Shown here: positions 57,491 through 64,000 of the stretch, piece by piece
How positions within the stretch are numbered: the stretch's first letter is position 1
How the letters are laid out: each line of letters begins with the position of its first letter
Assembly: GCF_009914755.1 (NCBI RefSeq)
Contig: NC_060942.1
DNA from: the human T2T-CHM13v2.0 reference genome, Homo sapiens
DNA length: 64,000 nucleotides
Direction: 5' to 3' (one strand)
Notes under the pieces: generated by a model
What the model was told of the DNA's origin: nothing
What the model saw: the letters and a program-made list of their open reading frames with translations, nothing else
Databases searched by the model: none
Translations under genes and position numbers: made by a program

Positions 57491-58479
57491 GATGCTCTAT
57501 GAATTATGAGGTTTTCTACTCTGGCTGATACCATTCCTGTCTCTTTGTGAGTTCCGGTGATTTTTCCCTCTAATCCTTTTGGATAGTTCTTTTCCCAAAC
57601 TCAGGTAGTCTCCTTACATATATGTTTATTAAGTACTCAACTGAATACTTGAGAGGGACTCTGCAGATCTCCACTGTTGTCTTTCTGTGCACTTATCTCC
57701 TCTCTGATACTCTGTCCTGCAAAAGCTAGCCACCTTGGCCTCCCAGGACTTCTTGCTCCATCTTCTCAACTTAAGAAAACTGCCAGTCTCTGCCTGAGCC
57801 ACCCTCCCTGTGCTGAGGCCTGGAAATTCTCCCCAGGCAAGTAAATGGGCAATCCAAGTTTGCCTCATTTGTTTTTTGTCTCTTGGGAATCCCATCTTCC
57901 CATTCTTTGCCTCTGTCTGCTATATTTTGTCTGATATTTTATTTATTCAGGCAGGTTAGATCTGATCCCTGTACTCCATCTTGGCCTGAAGGTTTTTGTG
58001 TGATAAAAACAGCATATTTTTATGTTAATTAGAGAATTTCAGAAGACAGGAAAAACTGAAATGTGGGAAAGGTGAGGACTATTGGAGTATGTCTTTCCGA
58101 GGTGTGAGAAGACAGCTTGGATCCAGTGGAGAGGTTAGCCTTAGGCAGAAGCAGACAGTTGATCTAAAGTTCAGAGGAAAGAAGGAAGCCGTATATAGAC
58201 ATATAGACACACTTTTTTTTCCTAAATATGTATTTGTTGTGAATAATGGTGTGATATAGATGGGGAGAGGTATATAGATAGAACATTTATATAGGTGTAT
58301 AGAGAATAAAAAATGTTACTGGGATGTTATTAGGATTATGGATTCGCATGACTTTTTGGGTGATTTTTATTTCTAAACTTTTCCTATTATATTACCTTCA
58401 TAAGAAAATATGTAAAGAAATATTTTAAGAATTTAGATAAACTAGATGGAGATTTTGTTTTGCTCAGCTGTTCTCAGCA

Positions 58480-59045
58480 CCTTGTCACATTACTCATTTG
58501 CTTAAAACCTCTAATGGTCTCTCATTACAAAGAAAAAGTTATAGTTCTATCAATGGCTAACCAGGTCCTCCATGATCCAGCTTCTCCCTGCCACCCTCAC
58601 CACATTTGTCTTTGGCCTCACCTAATTCCCCCCATGTTCATTCTGCTCTAGCCGTACGGGCCTCTTTGGTTTCTTGCACAAATGAGGCATTGCTCTTACA
58701 TCAGCTTGCTTTGCAGTTGGTGTTTTCATGCCTGGAACACTCTCCAGTCTCATGGCTTGCTTCCTTATACTATCTTTTCTCCAATGTCACTTTCTCAGTG
58801 AAAACCTTCCCTGGCCAGCCTATCTAAATTGCACTATCTTTCCTTCTTGACATTTTGTATCCCTTTCCTATTTTCTCCCTAACCACTTCTCATCATATGA
58901 CATACAATATGCTTTCTTAAAAAACTGTTTCTCATTTACTTTTGGTTTTCCACTGCCACGTGTAGTTTTTCACACACGCAAGCAACAGATGTAAATCCCA
59001 TAACAGTGCCTGACCCAGAGTAGGCATTTAAATGTGTTGAATAAA
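58480..59045 (+). mobile_element. L2 3' fragment
   Basis: AACAGTGCCTGACCCAGAGTAGGCA.TT.AATGTGTTGAATAAA, an L2-type 3' end. Confidence 0.7.
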
Positions 59046-59569
59046 AGCTTGCAAAATGTTTTCCTCAATTTTGAAAGACATCTCTTTGAAAACTCCATCT
59101 TAGGAGATGTGATTAATAGAGGTGCCAGGTGACATAGAGCGCTGCTACATTTCTGGCCATAGAAAAGAGCCCACAGGGTGAGGCTGCTCAGGTCTGTGTG
59201 TGCTCATTCACGTCTTGAGTCCACAGGCCTGAGAATGAAACAAAGAGCCAGAGAACCATGGAGTTGGGATGGAGGTCATTGGAAGGGCTCCAAGGGTTGT
59301 ATACAGGGAATGCTTGAGGGGAATCCCCCAAGAACAATGGTAGGAGATGGGTACAGCTCTCAGCAGTGTAACCCTTAAAGTCCCAGGTTAATGAGTCTAG
59401 AGGAAGAAGAAGAAGAGAACTGCCAAAGAGGCAATTGTGTAAAAAGCTGTTCATCCACATTCCCAACATCAATGTTGTTACTATTGGAATGTAAAGTGTA
59501 TGTGTGTGGGGTGTGTGTTATAGGGAGAATGGAGTAACAAATGGCAAAAGTTGACACAGGCCAAATCAT

Positions 59570-62500
59570 GGAAGGCCATGCTAATTTTATTAACTTATAT
59601 AGTGCATAAAGTCTAGAATTTAAAATTACAAAGGTTTTCTACAAATCAATAAGAAAATACAAATAACCTATATTAATCAGAACAGAAACTCAATTCAATT
59701 ATCTTAAACAAGAAAGGGACTTTATTGGCTCACAAAACTTTAAAGTCCGGAGGTAGGGCAGGCTTTAGGCACAGCTGGATCTAGGGCCTCCAGAAAAATG
59801 ACATCAGAACTTAGTTCTCTTTCCATTTCTGCTAGCATCCGAGTTTCTCCTCAGACAGACTCTCTCCACATGGCACAAATTCAGGCTTACATGGTCCTTG
59901 GTTCCTGGGATCTCCATAAAGCCTTCTTTCCAGTAGTTCCAGCAGAAGTTCTGTTAAGGGCTTTCCTTAGCCTGGCTTAAGTTATATACCCATTCTTTTA
60001 TCACTGTGGCTAGGAAGCTGTGGGACTCAGGAGGCCAGGCCTGGTCACATGCTCACCTAAGCCACAGGGAATAGGTTCCCCACAAATAAATAAAGGTTGT
60101 GTTACCAGAAGATGGGGAAGGAGATGCTGAACAAATAAAAACAATATATCCACACATAACCCAATAGAAAGCAGGTAAGGGATACAAACAATCCACAGTA
60201 AACTATAAATGGCCAATAAACATGAAAATAACCCCAATCTCACCATTTTTTTTTATAATCAGGGAAATGCAAAATAAGAAAAGGTTCTTTTTCGCCCAAC
60301 AGATAAAAACTATCAAGTGTAGGTATGGTTATATGGGGAAATGAACATTCTCCATACACTTGGTGAAAATACAGTTATGAAGGCCTTTGGGAAGACTGAA
60401 GGTGGACAGAGAACAAACCCTTTGATCCAAAAATCCACCTTACTGGACTCCAGACTAAAGAAATATTCACACACATGCACAAAGACATCTGAATAGGATG
60501 TTTACTTTGGCAATGTAATAGCGAGAGGAAAAAAATTAAGGGAATAAATAATGGCATTTTCATAGTATTTAATCATATTCAACCATTAAAGAAATTTAAA
60601 GACCTGTTATCTTTTTTTGAGACCAAAATTTTAAAAAGCTACAGAATATGAGATCCTATTTATGTAAAAAGTGTTTTTATGTGTATGTATATTCGTACGG
60701 AAAGGTGACTAGAGGATGTATGTTAAACTGTGGTAAGTGGAATGTGATTGGTAGCATTGGAGAAAAGGGTCTCTCTATTCAAAGAACTGTGTTTTTTATA
60801 CAATGAGAAGGTAGTCATTAGACTTTCATAATTAAAAAAAGGAAAATGGGCAAAAGCAATTCATAATAGGAAATGCAAATGGCCAAGAAACATGAAAAGA
60901 TGTTCCTCCTCATTAATATTCAAAGAAAAGAAAGAAATTTTGCCTACCAGATTGGCAAAAATTTTTAAGGATTCAGGGTTGGCAGACTATAGGCAAACAG
61001 GCATTCTTACTAATGATGGAGTTGTAAATTGGTGAAATCTTTTTGGTAGTAGTTTTCAAAACTGCAAATGTGAAACCTGATCCAATAAATTTCTAGTTAT
61101 TCATCCTACAGAAATACCCACACAAGTAGCAAAATACATGTACAGGAATGTTAATTACACTTCTATCTATAATGAACCTAATTATCAATCCATAGGGGAT
61201 TAAATAAATTACAGAATATTCATGCAATGGAATAGTATATAGTTATGAAAAAAGAACATCTTCAATGTGGGGGGAGAGGAGGCAAGTCTCAGTGTAGTGC
61301 ATGTGAAATGGGGTTATGTCCTACTTTATACGGTAGCTGAGGATTAAGAGTTAATCCATGATAAAGCACTTCAAATAGTGCCTGTCACAGCAACCACAGG
61401 TGTCAGCTGTTAACACATTATTGATTAAATAAGTATATGCCTAAATCTGGAAGAACAAACGAAATTATCATGACTTCTCGGTAACACTGTGAAAGGAAAT
61501 ATCCTTTTTCATTTTACATTTCTGCACTGTAAAAAATTCAAACCAGCAATGTTTAATAGCTTTCACATTTGTTAACCATAAACACAAATTTATCAAGGTT
61601 TAATAGCCACCACCCATGGCATGGTGAATATGTCCCTGGAGTCTACAGAACCAGATTTGAATTTTATCTCTAGGCCACATGCAAGTCACATGATCTCTGA
61701 ATCTTGCTTTCCTAGTCCACAAATCTAAGTGAGATAGGTACGGTGTCTAAGCCAATGCCTAGCATGCAGATTATTTCAGTACATGTAACCCTCCCTTCAA
61801 TTTACATGAATATGAGACATATTGCTAAAGATCAAGTACCAACTGGGTATGACTACAGAGAGCTTAACCTCCAAGAAAGCCAGAAGAAAAAACCAGCAAA
61901 TGCTCAGTGGCTACTGGGCAGATATCAGCAATCTGCATGACCTAAAATGACTGCTCATTTGCTAACCAAACAGATACTCTGGCGATGCCACTGCTTGGCA
62001 ACTGCCATATCACCACTTCATCAGAAGCTAGGCACTCCCCCAAATTTCTATGATTATCTGTGTGGGTAATGAATGTGTGGATGGAATTTAAAAATCACTA
62101 CATAGTATTTAAAATCAATTTGTCTAGTGGGGACTAAGCCTAACCAGAGATAGAAAGTACACATCTCATCATTTCCTCTTCTTGTGTGCCACCATCCAGT
62201 TTTTTTTGGTCCAGTCCCTTTTTCCCACAGAGCTTTGCCTTAGCCTCAGAATCCTTTCTGAACAATGCAGATATTAGAGCTGCCAAGACAAAAACAGTAT
62301 TTGCCAACCCTCATACTACTTTTTCTACACTCACATTACCAAATATCTTTGGCATTTATGACAAATCTACCACAGGGAAGCTTCCTTGTATATAGGAACC
62401 GCATACGATCTTAAAAAGCATGACATAATAGCCATTGAGAGGTTGCTCCCTTCTTACCTACTCTGATACAAGAATTCTGTCATTCCAGCCGTCTTCCAAA

Positions 62501-64000
62501 TATGCCACCTGAAAACCTACTTGGAAAGAAGCCAGTTATAAATAAATAAATCACATCATTTATCTTAGAGCAGAGGAGTTTACAGCTTTATTGGACACTG
62601 ACTTGTTTCCCCTCAGCCACAAAGAGAAAAAGACCCAAACAAAAGTCCCTACATTTTCTTGTATAACTTAAAATACATTATATCATTACTACATATTTAT
62701 ACTTCAATAAATCTTAATCTATAAAGCACATTTTTTATAATTGTTATCAGAAAACCTATAAACAAGCTCCATTCTGCCTCACTTTTCCACCAGCTGGCCT
62801 TGCATTTATTACTATGCTTTTTAATAGGCTCATGCAAAATCTCACCTTCCATTTTTAAACTTGATCCAAGCACCAGATATAACCAAAATCTCTGAACTAG
62901 GAAATATTTGTATTCACATGGGTCATTTTCCACACAATGATGCCCATTATAAAAAAGCCTCCTCTCATATTCTATATTTTAACTTCCAGAGTTTTCCACT
63001 AAACAGTAGAACCACAGTACTTGGAATTCTCAGCCAAGGAGTATATAATCCTACTACTACAATGTATTACTTTAATACATTTTAAAAAATGTGTTAAGAC
63101 TGAAAATTAAAAAAAAATTCAATTGTGATAGGTTAATAAACTAGTTAATTGTCTAGTTGTTTATTTTTTAAATAGAACAGTCCATTCAACTTAATATGTA
63201 GGTACAACCTCAATGCTATTAGAGATTGATTAGTTCTTTAAAAAGATTCACAAACTTCCAAATTGTGGTAAGAGTATCGTGGACTCACCTCTGAACACTG
63301 GAGAGCCAGCTAGCTCTTTTGAGCCGAGTCCTCCTCCCCCTCCAAATACAACACCCTGGTAAAAAAAACTACAGTTCTGGGAACCTCACAGGTGACCTCC
63401 CCTGAGGAATGCTCAGACAAGGGGAAGAGGCTAACTCACATAAAACAGCAAACCCCTATGATTTACAGTGGAAGAAATACCTACCTACTTATGGTAGGAT
63501 TACAGTACCTAGCACAGTGCCTTGTCGGTAGAAAATGTTTAATAATAAATGCATGGCTGCTTTTTTAGCCTGACGTTCAACCCTTTTGTACCAAGGGAAT
63601 AAAAAATAGGTAACCTGATACTTGCCCACCTGTCAGGGAATTTTCTGTCCTTAACAAAGATGAAGGCAAAATAATGATGAACTCTATCATCTTTTTCTAA
63701 AAGCCATGACAGACCATTACCCTTATGTTTACATTTGCCTTCAACACTGCCATCCGCTACAAATTTTTCCCTAGTGTTATAATTTCTACCTTCATTATTT
63801 TACAACTGTTTATTATTTAGACTGTATGCTTTTTAATAATATATGGGAAAACATTATTTTCATTAGTAAGATGACTCCAAATTATAGAGAGGATGAGTAG
63901 CTTTTGAATTTTCCTGCAGGCAAAATATAAATTCTTGATACATTTCAATTCTTAGATCAAAGTATTTGCATATCTTCCCCAATCAAGGTGTTCCATTCAC
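59570..64000 (-). other. ZNF24: Probable long 3' UTR of the convergent neighbouring gene (coding region beyond window)
   Basis: Largely unique AT-rich sequence after ~61.8 kb. Minus-strand AATAAA at 59586-59591, 62587-62592, 62805-62810 and 63160-63165. Identity from recalled gene order only; no coding sequence visible. Confidence 0.4.

Overview
Primate, most likely human, genomic DNA, dominated by interspersed repeats (Alu, old L1M, L2/MIR, MaLR/ERVL/ERV1 LTR elements, DNA-transposon fossils). The only gene-like structure I can read directly is a spliced + strand C2H2 zinc-finger gene. It has a CpG-island start at ~17.6 kb, an exon carrying ATG 18515 and a donor at 18563, and a terminal exon from 33305 with 18 full-length fingers. 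The gene is disabled by a frameshift (~33398), a ~42-nt in-frame deletion (~33597), a TGA (34323) and a second frameshift (~34702). From memory of the protein (MEIQFNYESQEHHLLSDGE...), this is ZNF271P, the human counterpart of mouse Zfp35 in the 18q12 ZSCAN30/ZNF271P/ZNF24 cluster. The neighbouring gene names rest on recalled synteny only. I found no unambiguous new biological system. The best leads are: (i) a 423-codon chimeric ORF created by compensating frameshifts; (ii) a 65-aa NMD-escaping product from the intact start codon; (iii) an 8-finger periodicity in the array; (iv) a fossil SCAN-linker exon; (v) several templated-insertion/fold-back scars in old repeats. Repeat family names are from recalled consensus sequences and were not run through RepeatMasker.
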